A DNA stretch of 64,000 bases from Heptranchias perlo (lineage: Eukaryota): positions 16,554,001 to 16,618,000 of the forward strand of contig NC_090347.1 of the NCBI RefSeq assembly GCF_035084215.1, read 5' to 3'. The notes under the pieces were generated by a model. The model saw only the letters and a program-made list of their open reading frames with translations, ran no database searches and had not been told where the DNA came from. Within the stretch, counting starts at the first letter, position 1. Every line of letters begins with the position of its first letter. A program made the position numbers and the translations under genes. Positions 23,537-36,644 of the stretch are shown here, one piece after another.

Positions 23537-24819
23537 ATTACGTTTACAGGCCAACTTTAGTGGCCTCGGTAAACAAATGACTATTTTATAAAGTTGACTA
23601 TTTGTTATTGATCTCTATTATAAGTTATTCAGGACCGCAAAAAGTGCCTTTACCAGATAAATGATTGCTGTATAGAGGTTGGAGTAAGCTCATTTTGCAC
23701 TGTACACTTCACAGTTTAACAATTGCTGTATTTGATATATTTTAGAATAAGGCGAAGAAGAGATTGTAGAAGGACTCAGGGCAGTAAGAAAGACTGTCCT
23801 ATTCTGTGAATCTCTCAGATTTCTCGCTCATTCCCCTTTTATATATTACACTATTATCACCCTCAGCAGAAGCCTGTGGTGGGAAATATAAATAGCCTGT
23901 GCCAGTGCCAATTGACGTCAAATCGTCATCGGATCTGGCTGTGGGCTGGCTGACTCCCTAGCAATGTGCTTTTAGCACTGCTGGCCTATGTGGACCTTTC
24001 CCCGACATCAAGAAAGATACTGGCCAGGCTGGCAAAGTCACAAATTCGTTCACTACTTCAGAGAGACTGCATGTTTGAATCTCATGCACGCACAGCTTTC
24101 CATGATGCTGAATCTGTCCTGCAGAATAAACAGGGCAAAGGCAGCACAATAACAACTAACTTCCAGCGCAAGCAGTTCAATAATATGCTGTTAAAGAGAT
24201 TTGGAAACTCTGACATGTTCTCCTGTAAATATGTTGGACGTTTAAAGTGTTTTGACAGTATTGAGTTACTTATAAGAAGTGCACCATTCTTACACATGCA
24301 AGCCTATATTTTAGCAATCTTCCACTGAGCAGCTATTGTTGCATATAACTTATAAATAGCATGCATGCATTTCTGCTTTGTTTCTTCAATAATGAGTGGT
24401 ATGTCCCAGAGGCAGCTCTGTAATATAAAAGGAGCATTAAAATTATCAGCCCCTAATTGGTTCCTACCCTGGCAATATTCTAAAATAGAATTGGCTCATT
24501 ATTTTTATATTATTGAAAATAATCTGTTCTTATCTTAAGTTTTTTGTATATTTCATATACAAAAGTTATGCAAAACAAATATGGATATTTCACGTGCTTA
24601 GGACCCAGCCTCCTCAGGTGCAGTAGACTGCAATTTCATTTCATTTTTTGTACCAGTTTTTTTCCCTGCCCCTCTCTCTTGAAGATGTTGATTTCTTGCT
24701 CAGGTACAGTTCCATAGGCACCAGCCCACCTTCTTCATGCGCAGGGTGGGCTGTTTAACTGTGGGGATCATTATATCCAAACCTGTTCCTGTCTTCATCT
24801 GCCATCCACACACAAGCAT

Positions 24820-25170
24820 TTTTATTTTTATTTGCTCTCAAGATGTGGGTAATACTGAGAAGGTGGCATTTATTGCCCGTCCCGAGTCATGGCAGCAATT
24901 GTTTTCACAACTGAGTGGTTTGCTAGGCCACTTCAGATAATATTAAGAGTCAGCCACGTATTGTGGACGAGAGTTGTATGGAGGATAGATCAGGTAAGAG
25001 TAGGTTTCCTTTCCTGAAGGACATTAGGGAACCAGTTGGGTTTGTATGATAATTTGACAGCTTTCTGGTGCTAGTCCACAAAGACTATTGAATTCAGTTT
25101 CATAGCTTGCTACGGTGGGATTTTGAACTCACGATTTCTGGGTTGCTAGACCAGTATCATAACCATACTT
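24820..25170 (-). mobile_element. tRNA-derived SINE with the same tail as the LINE at 35295
   Basis: B-box-like GTGAGTTCAAAATCCC at the minus-strand head; tail GGGCAATAAATGCC...CCCACATC plus an A-rich end. Confidence 0.55.
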
Positions 25171-25228
25171 GGTAGTGTAAAAGTTAGTCGTACTAGTTGT
25201 CATTCAATAGTGGCCAGAAATGAGAACT

Positions 25229-25664
25229 TGGCTTAGAGGTAGCGTGCTTGACTCTGAATCAGAAGGTTATGGGTTCAAGTCGTACTCCAGGATTTGAGCA
25301 CATAATTTAGGCTGACACTTTAGTGCAGCACTGTTGGAGTTGCTGTCTGATGTCTTTCCAATGATATGTTAAACTGAGCTTCTGCTGGCTCAGGTAGGCA
25401 CAAAAGATGTCATGGCACTATTAGAAGAAGAGCAGGGGCGTTCCCCTGGTGTCCTGGCCAATATTTATCCCTCAACCAAATTTACCAAAACAGATTATCT
25501 GATCCTTTATTCATTGCTGTTTGTGGGACCGTGCTTTGCATAAATTGTATATAGCTCTTGCCTATATAGCCAAAGTAACTACGCTCCAAAAGTAAATAAT
25601 TGGCTGTGAAACACTTTGGGACAACCTGAAAGGCACTATATAAATGCAAGTTGTTTCTTTCTTT
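25229..25664 (+). mobile_element. Deu-domain SINE (SacSINE1/AmnSINE1-like)
   Basis: tRNA-like head (GGTTCAAGTC), core GAAGAAGAGCAGGGG..GGTGTCCTGGCCAATATTTATCCCTCAACC, L2-type tail GGCACTATATAAATGCAAG. Confidence 0.8.
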
Positions 25665-25950
25665 AACCCGTGTCAGGTTTTTTCCCCCTTGGGTTAGGTG
25701 CCAACGGTATACTCTATGGATGGAATCTGGGACCCCCTCGTTTACATGGCTCAGCTATTCATTGTCTTAATCTGCTGAGCCATCAGGGGAGTCCTCATTC
25801 CACCTCTGTAACTAGCTACAAGACAGTTGTTTTCCACAGCTGTATGGGTGACCTATCTGCAGTCAAACTTGCATGAAAATTCTCTCCAAGTGTATAACGC
25901 TTTTAATGTGTTCCTCTCTTCCCCCTCCCACCCCCCTTCTCCCCATGCAG

Positions 25951-26120
25951 CAGACACGCCCGATGTGTATATTGTGGAACGGCTGTTTTCCAGCAGCCTG
26001 GTGGTCATTGTCAGCCTCTCAACACCACGGAGGATGAACGTTTATCATTTCAAGAAAGGGACAGAGATCTGCAACTACAGCTATTCCAATACCATCCTCA
26101 CCGTTAGGCTCAACAGACAG
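25951..26120 (+). CDS. WIPI1: WIPI1 exon 3 ([56 protein letters not shown])
   Basis: Polypyrimidine tract plus cag, gtaaga donor, 170 nt, conserved WIPI sequence. Confidence 0.97.
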
Positions 26121-26363
26121 GTAAGAGGGGTCACAGCTCAGCTGGCAGTGGTTAGAATAGCGACAAAGCAGTTTAGGACTGAGCAGAACAGAATGAATGG
26201 AACATGCTTTGTGTGCACCACAACTAAGAAATAATGGCGTGTTACTCAATTTCTTGCCTTAAACACCTAGTATTCATTATATTTATTACAAATCTTCAAA
26301 TATTGCACTAAAAATAATGTAAATTGGAGAAAGAGTCAATTGTAAAATCTGACACCTGGGACT

Positions 26364-27000
26364 AGGGGGCAAATGCGGGTGCGTTGGGGGTGGGCGGCTC
26401 TGGCAATTAAAGCCGGTGGGATAACAGTTAAAGAGCCAAATGTACCTCACTGAGGTACTTAAGGCACTTTACCTGTGACAGATGAAGGGATTAGAAAGAT
26501 TTTTAACTTACCTGAGCAGCTTGCCCACCGCTTCTGATTTACGCCTAAGGGCCGGATCAGGGAAAAAGAAATTAAATAAAAAACCATGCAAGGAAGTGAA
26601 AACACTAAATGCACCTACCTTTGAAATCTGCTCTGATGTCCGATGTCCCCCCTCTTCACCCTCCCGATGTCCCCCCTCTTCACCCTCCCAATGTCCCCCC
26701 CCCCCCCCCCCGGGTCTTCCCCTCTCCCCCGCCCGCTAGTCCAGCACTGGATCTTCCATTCTCTTCCCCCCCCCCCCCCCGCCCCGGTCTTCTGTTCCAG
26801 CGCCGGATGACGTCTTGCTGTCTCTCTTTCTCGTGCCCCCTCCCCCACCCACGCGTTGCAGCTCCTGACGGCAGCCAGCCTGTCAATCAGGCTAGCCCGA
26901 AACCCAGAGAGGACGTTAACCATTATCAAACAACGTGCGATCGCGTCCGAAACTTTAAGTTTGGTTCATGCGGGTTAGCCACGCGCCCAGTTACTGCAGT
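26364..27000. mobile_element. GC-rich non-autonomous DNA element/MITE-like, with an internal 24-bp C-rich tandem repeat
   Basis: CpG-rich patch in an AT-rich intron; CGATGTCCCCCCTCTTCACCCTCC about x2.5; ends not clearly resolved. Confidence 0.4.
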
Positions 27001-27896
27001 GCTCAGGAATAAATCTTTCTGTTAGAGGTGTTAGTGGATTGAATAGCCAGCTGATGCTCATTGTCAAGGCATAACAATGAATAGTGGCCATTAATGGGTG
27101 GAGTACCCTAAGGCATCTCAATCCATGACAAGGAATTGAAGCAGTCAGGAGAGGAGGAAAGAAAATTGGTGGGAAAACTGGGTTGTACATGTTACCATGG
27201 TACCAGCACCCCATGTGCACTCCGTGTCAGTAACGCAGCTTCACATCCATGGTTGATGACATGGTAAGCTCCTGACCTCAGCCAGGTCACCAGGATACTC
27301 CCTGCAGACAGTAAGAAAAATCAGAGAATGAGCTAACTGGGACCACCTTCCAGTAATATACAGAGTAAACTTTATAACATTCAGGCTGCCGGTCAGATGC
27401 ACCCAGTATTAAGTAGCTGGCTTTCTTTCTCAATTTTAAGATTGTTTTGCATACATAACAATATATGATGAACAAACAAAATACTGGGAAGTGAAATGAG
27501 GCTCTTTTATATTTTAGTGCCAGTTTTGGGAGGGTATCGACCCCTCCAACACTGTTCTCCCCATTCACATTTCTACCTGGCACTGTTCCCCATCAATCAA
27601 AGTAAGCCTGGCAGTTTTTATTTCTAACTACAGCCAAAGGCAAGAGAAGCCTGTGCTCGGCCTCGATTGCAGGCATGGCTTTAAAAGTTCAAGAGCCGAA
27701 ACAATGGTATATTATCAGAGCTACAAGTTTTAAATATAGTGCATTAGACTGTAACTACCATTAGTACAAGTATACCATGTAAGAAATTTTGAAACTTAGG
27801 CCATCAATTTGACTTTTGGCATGCTTTGCTGAGAACTATTTTCTTGAAAGCTGGATTATCCAATGTTATGTCTCTCTTTCTTTCCCTGTCCCCACC

Positions 27897-28271
27897 TTGA
27901 CTCAGTGGTAGCACTTTCGCCTCTGACTCAAGCCCCCCTCCAGGACTTGAACACATAATCTAGGCTGACATTCCAGTGCAGAACTGAGGGAGTGCTGCAC
28001 TGTCGGAGGTGCCATTTTTCACTTGAGACGTTAAATTTAGGCCCTCTCGAGTGGATGTAAAAGATTCCACGGCAGTATTTGACGAAGAGCAGGGAAGGTC
28101 TCCCCATGTCCTGGCCAACATTGTGGAACCTTGCTATGTGCAAATTGGCTGCGGCATTTCCCCACATAATGACAGTGACCACATTTCAAAAGTAATTCCT
28201 CAGCTGGGAAGCGCTTTGGAACGTCCTGAGTTCATGAGAAGCACTATATAAATGAAAGTTCTTCTTTCTTT
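27897..28271 (+). mobile_element. Deu-domain SINE copy (internal deletions)
   Basis: Same head, core and tail as the copies at 25229 and 34048. Confidence 0.75.
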
Positions 28272-28627
28272 CATTCTCCCCACCCCCCTCAGTTGTCAGT
28301 GGCACCTCTTTGTTCTATAAACCTTGTTCTATAAACCACACCAGGTAACAGCAGCAGGCTTCCTTTACGCTGTAAGGGCAGGTGCGCCTTGCAGATCTAT
28401 GCTAGTGGTACATATGATGCTGCTCCCTAATTGCTCCTTAGTAGTCCTGGGCCAGTTTACTGTTTGAGTCGAATGTGACTGGCAGATGCCACTCCCCAAT
28501 ATGGTGTTGTATTTCAGCTGAACGTAATTAGATTACATAGAGATTAATTCAAAATATGTTGGCAATCCTGGGCAGAATTGAAGGAAAACGAGCTGCTTTA
28601 ATGTATCTGATTGTGTGCTTCATGTTC

Positions 28628-28905
28628 TAGAATCATAGAAAGGTTACAGCATGGGAGGAGGCCATTTGGCCCTTCGAGTCCGTGCCGGCTCTATGCAAGA
28701 GTAATCCAGTTAGTCCCACTCCCCCGTCCTCTCCCCAAAGCCATGCGCATTTTATCCTTTCAAGTACTTATCCAGTTCCCTTTTGAAGGCCATGATTGAA
28801 TCTGCCTCCACCCCCGGCAGTGCATTCCAGATCCTAACCACTCGCTGCGTAGAAAAGTTTTTCCTCATGTCACCTTTGGTTCTTTTGCCAATCACCTTAA
28901 TTTGA
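28628..28905 (-). mobile_element. CR1 3' fragment
   Basis: RKNFSTQRVVRIWNALP...AFKRELDKYLK plus tail. Confidence 0.8.
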
Positions 28906-29154
28906 TGTAATTTCGGAAGCAAATTACTCACTTCTGCTAAGGTGGACAGTCTAATGAGTGTTAGGTACAAATTTCACCCAGATAAGGAAACAACTAATAC
29001 AAATCACCGGCTTTGATCTTCATACATTTACAGTCTATTATGTTTACTTTTCTGCAGGCCTTTGAAGGGCAATTAGTTGTGATAGCTGCCTCAACAAGGG
29101 GGTCCTGTTTACCCCGACAGTCAACTCTGCTGGAAGGTAGCAAATGTTACCCCG

Positions 29155-29420
29155 CTATTCAAGAAAGGAGGGAAAGAGAAAACAGGGAACTAAAGGCCAG
29201 TTAGCCTGACACCAGTCGTCGGGAAAATGCTGGAATCCATTATTAAGGAAGTTGTAAGAGGGCACTTAGAAAAATCATAATACGATTAGGCAGAGTCAAC
29301 ATGGTTTTATGAAAGGGAAATCGTGTTTGACAAACTTATTAGAGTTTTTTGAGGATATAACTAGCAGGGTAGATAAAGGGGAACCAGTGGATGTTCTAGT
29401 ATTTGGATTCTCAATGTTAT
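29155..29420 (+). mobile_element. CR1 ORF2 internal fragment
   Basis: KKGGKEKTGN.RPVSLT, QSQHGFMKGKSCLTNLLEFFE remnants. Confidence 0.8.
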
Positions 29421-29726
29421 TCTGCATCTCTCAGAAATTACATAGATTTACATAGAAATTACAACACAGAAACAGGCCGTTCGGCCCACCTAGTCAGGTT
29501 TGGTGCTTATCACCCAGACGAGCAGCTTATATCGGGATTGAATGTGCAAAGAGCTGCACTTCAGCAGGATGCCTTGTGCAGTTTAGGAGATGCTGGTTGA
29601 CTACCCAGTTCTAAAGTACAATCTAAGAAACACGACTTTTCAGTTTGTACAGGTATGCTGCTAATCAAGACCAAGAATGCTCTAAACCCCCAGATTATGA
29701 CACTTTACTCCATTTTCCCACTACAG

Positions 29727-29823
29727 AGGCTGATAGTCTGTTTGGAGGAGGCCATTTACATTCATAACATCAAGGATTTGAAGTTACTGAAAACCATTCA
29801 AGATATACCACCGAACCACACAG
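29727..29823 (+). CDS. WIPI1: WIPI1 exon 4 ([32 protein letters not shown])
   Basis: ctacag acceptor, gtgggt donor, 97 nt, in frame. Confidence 0.96.
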
Positions 29824-30482
29824 GTGGGTGAAAACTAAGCTAATGGGACCTTTTCATCTCAGCAGCTAAAAGTCTGGACTCAAAATTCCAGAAGTTTCCT
29901 TTGTGTCACTTCAGCTTTGAAATTATGCTGTGGCATAATAGCATGAAAATGAGGAAAGCTATCATAAGATTGATTTACACAATTATTTGACAGACGTCTG
30001 TCTCTTGGCTGTTTTTTAAATGGCAGTCACAGCTGTTTTTCGAATTTTTTTTATTCCAGTGAGGAGAGATAGCAAATTAAAAGATTCTTCCACTTTCAGT
30101 TTTATTCTCAAAAGAGGAAGTAATGAATAGCAACTTCCTGGACATAGCTTTGACAGCCAAAGGCAAAAATGGTGTGATATAATTAAACCCAAGTAGTTTC
30201 CAACAGCCACAGTTGTGCTCAACTCAACACATGCACACTTCAATAGAACGGTACATGACTTTATACGCAATTATAATTTGTCTCGAGCTGTCCTTTGACG
30301 GTATGGATAACGTCTTGTGTTACTGTATTGCTTTGTCTTTTTTAGTGAACACTGTAGCCTATAAATGGTTGTGCGAAGTAAAGAAAAGAGAAATTTGAAG
30401 CACAAGTGATCTGGCTAATGTTTGCTTCAAATTCAGGGCTGTATTCCTAATGTCTGAAGTACTTTTCTTCATGTGTGTTGAC

Positions 30483-31812
30483 ATGCTAGAATCTATTATT
30501 AAGGACGTAGTAACAGGACACTTAGAAAATCTTAATATGATTAGGCAGAGTCAATATGGTTTTATGAAAGGGAAATTGTGTTTGACAAATCTGTTAGAGT
30601 TTTTTAAGGATGTAACTAGCAGGGTAGATAAGGGGGAACCAGTGGATGTAGAATATTTGGATTTTCAAAAGGCATTCAATAAGGGTCACACAAGAGGTTG
30701 TTACATAAGATTAAGGGTCATGGGGTTGGGGGTAATATATTAACATGGGTTGAGGATTGGTTAACGGACAGAAAACAGAGAGTAGGAATAAAAGGGTCAT
30801 TTTCGGGTTGGCAGGTTGTAACTAGTGGGGTGCCGCAAAGATCAGTGCTTGGGCCTCAGCTGTTTACAATATATATCAACGACTTGGATGAGGGGACTAA
30901 GTGTAATGTATCCAAGTTTGCTGATGATACAAAGCTGGGTGGGAAAGTAAGCTGTGAGGAGGATGCAAAGGGATATAGACAGGCTAAGTGAGTGGGCGAG
31001 AAGATGGCAGCTGGGGTATAATGTGGGGAAATGTGAAATTATCCACTTTGGTAGGAAGTATAGAAAAGCAGAATATTTTTTAAAAGGTGAGAGACTTAAA
31101 AACGTTGGTAGTCAGAGGGATTTGGGTGTCCTTGTACATGAATCACAGAAAGTTAACATGCAGGTACAGCAAGCAATTAGGAAGGCAAATAGTATGTTTG
31201 CGTCTATTGCAAGGGGGTTGGAGTAATTATATAGGCCTGTGGTGAGACCACACCTGGAGTACTATGTACAGTTTTGGTCTCCTTACCGAAGGAAGGATAT
31301 AATTGCCTTAGAAGGGGTGCAACAAAGGTTCACTAGATTGATTCCTGGGATGAGAGGGTTGTCCTATGAAGAGAGATTGAGTAGAATGGGCCTATTTTCT
31401 CTGGAGTTTAGAAGAATGAGAGTTGACCTCATTGAAACATATAAAATTCTTAGAGGGCTTGACAGGATAGATACTGAGAGGCTGTTTCCCTTGGCTGGAG
31501 AGTCTAGAACCAGTGGTCATAGACTCAAGATAAGGGATCAGCCATTTAGGACCAAGCTGAAGAAAAATATCTTCACTCAGAGGGTTGTGAATCTTTGGAA
31601 TTCTCTACCCTAGAGAGCTGTGAATGCTCAGTCGTTGAGTATATTCAAGACTAAGATCGATGGATATTTGGACACTAAGAGAATCAAGGGATATGGGGAT
31701 CGGGCGGGAAAGTGGAGTTGAGGTAGAAGGTTGGCCATGATGTTATTGAATGGCGGAGCAGGCTCGAGGGGCTGTATGACCTACTCCTGCTCCTATTTCT
31801 TATGTTCTTATG
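30483..31812 (+). mobile_element. 5'-truncated CR1 LINE with frameshifts and 3'UTR
   Basis: ORF pieces 30450-31613 with RT motifs (FADD, RPHLEY, WNSLP); tail TTCTTATGTTCTTATG. Confidence 0.92.
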
Positions 31813-32827
31813 GTTTAATGAATTTGCTATAGGGAAATAGGGACTGTTGAGGTGAGATGAGGTGAGCAGAGAAGTACACATGCACAGGTTGGTGGCTGCA
31901 GTTGATGTGGACTAGCCTATCATTTTGCACACACTAGGGGGGATTTTAACTTCCAGGCAGCTGGCTGGCGGAACAGGCAGGCTGGCTGCCCAATACCTGC
32001 AGCGGGATGCCCAGCCCAGTTTGAGGGCCAAGCTTCATTTTTCTGGCGAGCTGTAGGCTCCAAAAATGCTTCCAACTACAGTCCTCCAGCTTTGGGTCTG
32101 CACAATATCAGGTCGACCCGGCCGGTAGAAAGATAGGTCCCGGTGGGGGGGAGGGGGGGAGGGGGAGGGACAACAGTGGTCCACATTATTCTTATGGAGC
32201 CCGGAGGAGCACTCCTGTTTCTAAGGCACCAAAAAATAATTTTAACGCTTACTTTTTTGGATATCTTCCTCTTGCCTGCCAGGTTTTACTGAGCAGAGCG
32301 CCCATGGCACTTGCCCCTACTTTGTGTGCTACGTCAGAATCCAGATCTTTGAATCCATGTACATAAGTCTGAAAGCCATTTTCTCTTCTTTGATGAAGTC
32401 TTTTTGTGAGGGAAGTGGCAGAAGGGGAGAAGGTTGAGGCAGAAACAAATGCTTATAATAATACATGCACAGAAACCAGGATACAGAAATAGAGACTCAC
32501 CAAAAGAGAAAGAAGCCCTCAGAGAGAGAGAAAGACATGCTCACAGAGTGAGAACAAATGAGAGAGGTTAAACATTCATGTACAGAGAGACACTTCTGCA
32601 CAATGCAGGCTCACTAATAGACTGGAGTGCTTAGCTTGTTCCTATATTATAATGGTATGAATGGCCACCTTCTGCGCTGAAATGTCTATAATTTAATGCC
32701 TCAGTTACAGGAAATATGAAACAGAAGTGCAGAGGAAACCTTGTTTACCCACATAAACCGGGTTAACGCTGCACTTCCGGTGAAGTTACAGCCGCGGAAC
32801 GGGAGCAGCACCGAGGAAATTCCCTGC

Positions 32828-33200
32828 CATAATTTAGGCTGACACTTCACCGAGGGGAATCCTGCATTGTTGAAGGTGCTTTCAGATGAGATGTTAAACC
32901 GAGGCCCAATCTGCCTGTTCAGGTGGATGTAAAAGATCCCATGGCACTATTTGAAGATGAACAGTGGAGTTCTCCTGCTATTCCAGCCAACATTTATCCA
33001 TCAACTAATACCACCAAAACAGATTAATCAGGCATTTCTCTCATTGCTGTTTGTGGGTCCTTGCTGTGCACAAATTGGCTGTCGTGTTTGTCTACAAAAC
33101 GTAATTGATTACACTTCGGAAGTAATTCATTGGCTGTGAAGTGCTTTGGTGACATCCCCAGGACATGAAAGGTGCTATATTGATGCAAGTTCTTTATTTT
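32828..33200 (+). mobile_element. Deu-domain SINE, headless
   Basis: GATGAGATGTTAAACCGAGGCCC..CAGGTGGATGTAAAAGATCCCATGGCACTATTTGAAG core plus tail. Confidence 0.8.
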
Positions 33201-33541
33201 TACTTACATTCACAATCCACTCTCATGTTAAGACCTTAATTGTTCCATACGCCACTCTGCTATAGCTGTTCACTATTATAACCTTATCCGTGATGCATTT
33301 GATGCTTTGTAATGATACTTTCACTGTTGCACTGTAATTTCAAATGGTCTACCCTCTCCCACTATTACAATTCAGAAGTTATTTATGCACCATTGAAAAT
33401 GAGCCTGGTGTATCTCTGTGGTCTAACTTAGTCCTGATAGGTTCACATTTTTTTCAGTTCACTCTGTAAGTAGATTAAGCATCATCGATGTAATATCACG
33501 TGCTGCACATTCTAACATCCTGTTTTGCCTGTTCTTCCCAG

Positions 33542-33639
33542 GTCTCTGTGCACTTTCCATCAATCATTCCAACTCATACTTGGCATATCCTGGCAATGCC
33601 ACAATAGGAGAGATAGTGATTTATGATACAAATAACTTG
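33542..33639 (+). CDS. WIPI1: WIPI1 exon 5 ([33 protein letters not shown])
   Basis: cttcccag acceptor, gtgagt donor, 98 nt. Confidence 0.96.
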
Positions 33640-34047
33640 GTGAGTCTGTACTTAAATGGGAGACAGTAATGGTTTTCCATTTATACTGGTGTTGCAACTT
33701 AACTGAGCATTTTAAGCCTTGTAGTGAGTGAGAGAAAGAGAATCCTTATTTTCTACCATCGTGATTCTTCCTTCAGTTGGCATGATATGATGGTTTAAGC
33801 GTTGACTTCTCCATTGCAACCATGTTCCACCATCCGTAATCATGAATTAGACTTTAGTAGGGCGGGACTGATGCTTACCTCTGATCCTTGAGGCGTTAGA
33901 GATGGCAAGGAGTGCTTCATTTAAAGGCTTGACTGAGTGAAATTATGAAAACTTTACCCGTTGAAAGCAGCCTAGTTCCGGTGATATTTGAGGCCAGGAT
34001 TCAAATTCAAGCCTTCTGCATGACGGTTCCATTAAGTTAGGTGTGAG

Positions 34048-34478
34048 CCATGCTCAGTAGTAGCGTTTCCGCCTCCGAGTCAGAAGGTTGTGGGTTCAAG
34101 CTCCACTCCAGAGATTTGAGCACATAATTTATGTTGACACTTCAGTGCAGTACTGAAGGAATACTCCACTGTTGGAGGTGCCGTCTTTTGGATGAGACTT
34201 TAATCCGAGGCCCCGTCTGTCCTCTCAGGTGGATGTAAAAAATCCCATGGAATAATTTGAAGAAGAGCAGGGGAGTTCCCTCTGGTGTCCTAGCCTATAT
34301 TTATCGAACAAGCATCACCACTAAAACATGATATGATGGTTTGTGGGACAAATTGGCTGCTGCATTTTCCTAAAATACAGCAGTGACTACACTTTAAAAG
34401 TAATTAATTGGCTGTAAAGTGCTTCGGGACATCCTGAGGTCATGAAAGGTGCTATATAAATACATGCATCTTCTTTCT
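34048..34478 (+). mobile_element. Deu-domain SINE, near full length
   Basis: A/B-box-like head GCTCAGTAGTAG..GGGTTCAAGCTCC, Deu core, L2-type tail. Confidence 0.82.
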
Positions 34479-34650
34479 TACTGAAAACTATTGCATCCAA
34501 TCTGAATTAGTAACTTCACTTAGTAACTTTAGTAACATGTCCAGCCCAAGTAATCTTATCTTAATTAGCTTAATTTGTAGCTATAATTTGTAGCTTTTTG
34601 ATGTGATTACTTTGTATATTAGCTTTTTAATGCTCAAATTCTCCCATCAG

Positions 34651-34743
34651 CACAGTGTTTCCGTAATTCCTGCACATGATGGCCCACTTGCTGCTCTAAC
34701 CTTCAACTCCACGGGTTCAAAACTGGCAAGTGCCTCAGAAAAG
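34651..34743 (+). CDS. WIPI1: WIPI1 exon 6 (HSVSVIPAHDGPLAALTFNSTGSKLASASEK)
   Basis: catcag acceptor, gtattc donor, 93 nt. Confidence 0.96.
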
Positions 34744-35294
34744 GTATTCTTACTGCTCAGCTATTTAATTGTGTATTCCTTGGCTCCATTTTGATTTTTG
34801 TTTTGAGAGGTGGTTGTACAGTACACCCTAACAATCATCTGGTGATAATTGTTCGGGTCACTTCAATAGAAATAAAAACCAGGAGAGATGTAAAACGGGC
34901 TGTCGACTCGCTATCACCCGTTTTACACTATCACACAAAGTCAAGATCTCCCCGTTAACTCTTATTTCCCCTTCGGTGGGAAAACATCTAAACTGGGTTC
35001 AGCAACTCTCTCTCTCTCTCTCTCTCTCAAGGGTATGGTTGAGGTCAGAATCGCTGAGGTTTTATGAAGGTGGAATGGCTGGAATTTATGTTCATTTTCA
35101 AAGACACAAAACTGTCGATGTTTATTTCTGCTATTTTGCCATTTCACTTCATACGGTCAAACTTCCATGTTGTCAAGTGGCATGTCTCAGCAATTTTTCT
35201 GCTCAGGGATTCCTCTTTTTGCATGTGACCTCCCCTCCCAGGTTAATGTTTTACCTATTTTTGAGTACATTCACCCACAGAGGTAGAGTTTGAG

Positions 35295-35780
35295 TTTTTT
35301 TTTATTCATTCATGGGATGTGGGTGTCGCTGGCAAGGGCAGCATTTATTGCCCATCCCTAATTGCCCTTGAGAAGGTGGTGGTGAGCCGCTGCCGTGAAC
35401 CGCTGCAGTCCTTGTGGTGAAGGTTCTCCCACAGTGCTGTCAGGTAGGGGATTCCAGGATTTTGACCCAGCGACGATGAGGGAACGGTAATATATTTCCA
35501 AGTGGGGATGGTGTGTGACTTGGAGGAGAACGTACAGATGGTGGTGTTCCCATGTGCCTGCTGCTCTTGTCCTTCTGGTGGTAGAGGCAGCGGGTTTGGG
35601 AGCTGCTGTTGAAGAAGCCTTGGCGAGTTGCTGCAGTGCATCCTGTAGATGGTACACACTGCAGCCACGGTGCACCGGTGATGAAGGGAGTGAATGTTTA
35701 GGATGGTGGATGGGGTGCCAATCAAGTGGGCTGCTTTGTCCTGGATGGTGTTGAGCTTCTTGAGTGTTGTTGGAGTGCAC
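35295..35780 (-). mobile_element. CR1/L2-group LINE 3' end with poly(A) tail (second short copy at about 42047-42185)
   Basis: HSLHHR..AAVCTIY, SWNPLP..QRF..AAHHHLLKGN coding remnants; A-rich tail. Confidence 0.75.
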
Positions 35781-36030
35781 TATGTGCATGTCAGAATGAT
35801 TCATCACAAATGATGCTCATTGTTAGAATGTAATTCAACTCATCAGAAATTAAAATCAATTGCAGATTCGAAGGGGGACGGAAAACAATTAATTAAAGCA
35901 AGAGGCTTGGAAAAGTCAACCTTCTTATGAAAAATTTTGACTGTTTGAAGTGCTGATTGAGATCTTTGCTTTTATGACCTTTTCTGTGGCTGTAAATTGT
36001 GGAGCCTTATTCACTCTGAATGTTCTGCAG

Positions 36031-36101
36031 GGTACAGTTATTCGTGTCTTTTCCACCCCTGAGGGACAGAAACTCTATGAATTCAGGAGAGGAATGAAAA
36101 G
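36031..36101 (+). CDS. WIPI1: WIPI1 exon 7 ([23 protein letters not shown]) with the FRRG PI3P/PI(3,5)P2 motif
   Basis: ctgcag acceptor, gtaatt donor, 71 nt; TTC AGG AGA GGA at 36082-36093. Confidence 0.98.
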
Positions 36102-36644
36102 GTAATTCCAGGCATGTGTTTGAAAATTATATAAAGTGACTTTGAGTTTGATTTTACTTTTTTTGTATTTTTTTGTCCCATTTATAAATTTATTTTATTC
36201 AGTTTTGTGTTCCTTTTTAGTCTCCCCACTGCATGTCTCACTGTTTGGCCTAGAGAGCAGGCACACAGCCTGCTCCGGGGCCAGTGACATTGCTTATTTG
36301 AGCTGACTGTGAAAGCTGCACAAAAATATCTGAGGGTGGCCTATTCTCTGATTTTCCCTCCCTTGGGGGAAAAATCTGAACCGGGTTACAGCAGCTCCCT
36401 TAAGGTGAGGAACTGCTCTCGTGAAGCGGTCATGGCCTCGAGCCTTCAAGGAGCAGCACGCTTTTACACCTATAAAGAAGCTGCTATATGTTTGAGTTCT
36501 GGAAAATAACTTTTCTATTTTCTCTACATTTCCACCAAATGCACTGAATGCTCCCAAGGTGGAAAAGTCTGAATGCCATTCATGTCCCATGTCAGATTTT
36601 GGACAAGTAGTAAGTGATCATCCGCACTGCGATAGGTCAGGCTC

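Noticed and set aside
34048-34110. tRNA genes at SINE heads (also 25229, 27897, 46030)
   Set aside because: Only degenerate A/B boxes attached to SINE bodies; no complete cloverleaf
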